49,089 bases of DNA from Hyphochytrium catenoides (taxonomy: Eukaryota; Protista; Hyphochytriomycota): assembly GCA_900088475.1 (NCBI GenBank), contig FLMG01001656.1:1-49089 (forward strand). Reading direction: 5' to 3'. The position numbers and the translations under genes were made by a program. Each line of letters opens with the position of its first letter. Position 1 is the stretch's first letter. The notes beneath the pieces were generated by a model. It had not been told where the DNA came from. It ran no database searches and was given only the letters and a program-made list of their open reading frames with translations. This document shows, in pieces, positions 48,770 through 49,089 of this stretch.

Positions 48770-49089
48770 CAGTTCGTCAGGAGTGATGGGAGTTACAAAC
48801 CTTTGATGATGAGGAAGTGAGCGACTTAGGCTCCGTGCTGTATATACAGCAGGGACAGAGAGCGGCGGAGGAGGGACCCCAAGCTGCCTGCAGAGGAAGA
48901 CAGAGCGAGACGCAACAGGCACTTAGGAGAGGTAAAGCACCGGCAGTATGAGGGAGTTAAGGGAAAGAGGAGAAGAGAGAAAGAGCGAGGGCCTAAGTCT
49001 TCTGACAACACGCCTACCAGAGACAGAAGGACAACTATATCACACCCCCTGTCCAGCGAGCGTAAGAATTCAAGGGCGAACTGACCAGA
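48770..49089 (-). CDS. Possible 3' end of a gene running in from beyond the window
   Basis: An open frame at the edge (SGQFALEFLRSLDRGCDIVVLLSL), then a GT donor, a CT-rich intron-like tract and a ctgcag acceptor near 48890. No recognisable domain. Confidence 0.25.

Noticed and set aside
1-49089. CRISPR arrays, rRNA, tRNA, prokaryotic operons or defence systems
   Set aside because: None seen; the window is eukaryotic with spliceosomal introns and has no regularly spaced repeats.

Overview
Eukaryotic, intron-rich genomic window (short GT-AG introns, standard code). The gene content (GPCR-TKL fusion, Ephrin-receptor-like Cys-repeat secreted protein, C2/PRT_C/PH protein) is most consistent with a stramenopile-like protist; this is an inference. 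The first ~9.4 kb is a decayed zone: a broken actinobacterial-type (GH13_32-like) alpha-amylase whose 5' part is inverted, a sucrose/maltose-type GPH transporter with an apparent compensated frameshift, and Ty1/copia relics. The rest is gene-dense: an intronless Q/P-rich orphan, a dual-specificity phosphatase fused to a CxxC/HxHxH HIT-like domain (visible only after splicing; my top novelty candidate), HACD/PHS1 with a decayed duplicate of its last exon, a small spliced orphan, a 7TM GPCR-TKL kinase fusion, two oppositely oriented RMD1/DUF155 paralogues flanking a CDC48/AFG2-type AAA ATPase, a ~10-repeat Cys-rich secreted protein, a YHM2-like mitochondrial carrier, and a large multi-C2 membrane protein with a C-terminal PH domain. 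There are two assembly gaps (33940-34021, 48497-48664). Exon boundaries were read by eye and family assignments come from remembered motifs; no searches were run.
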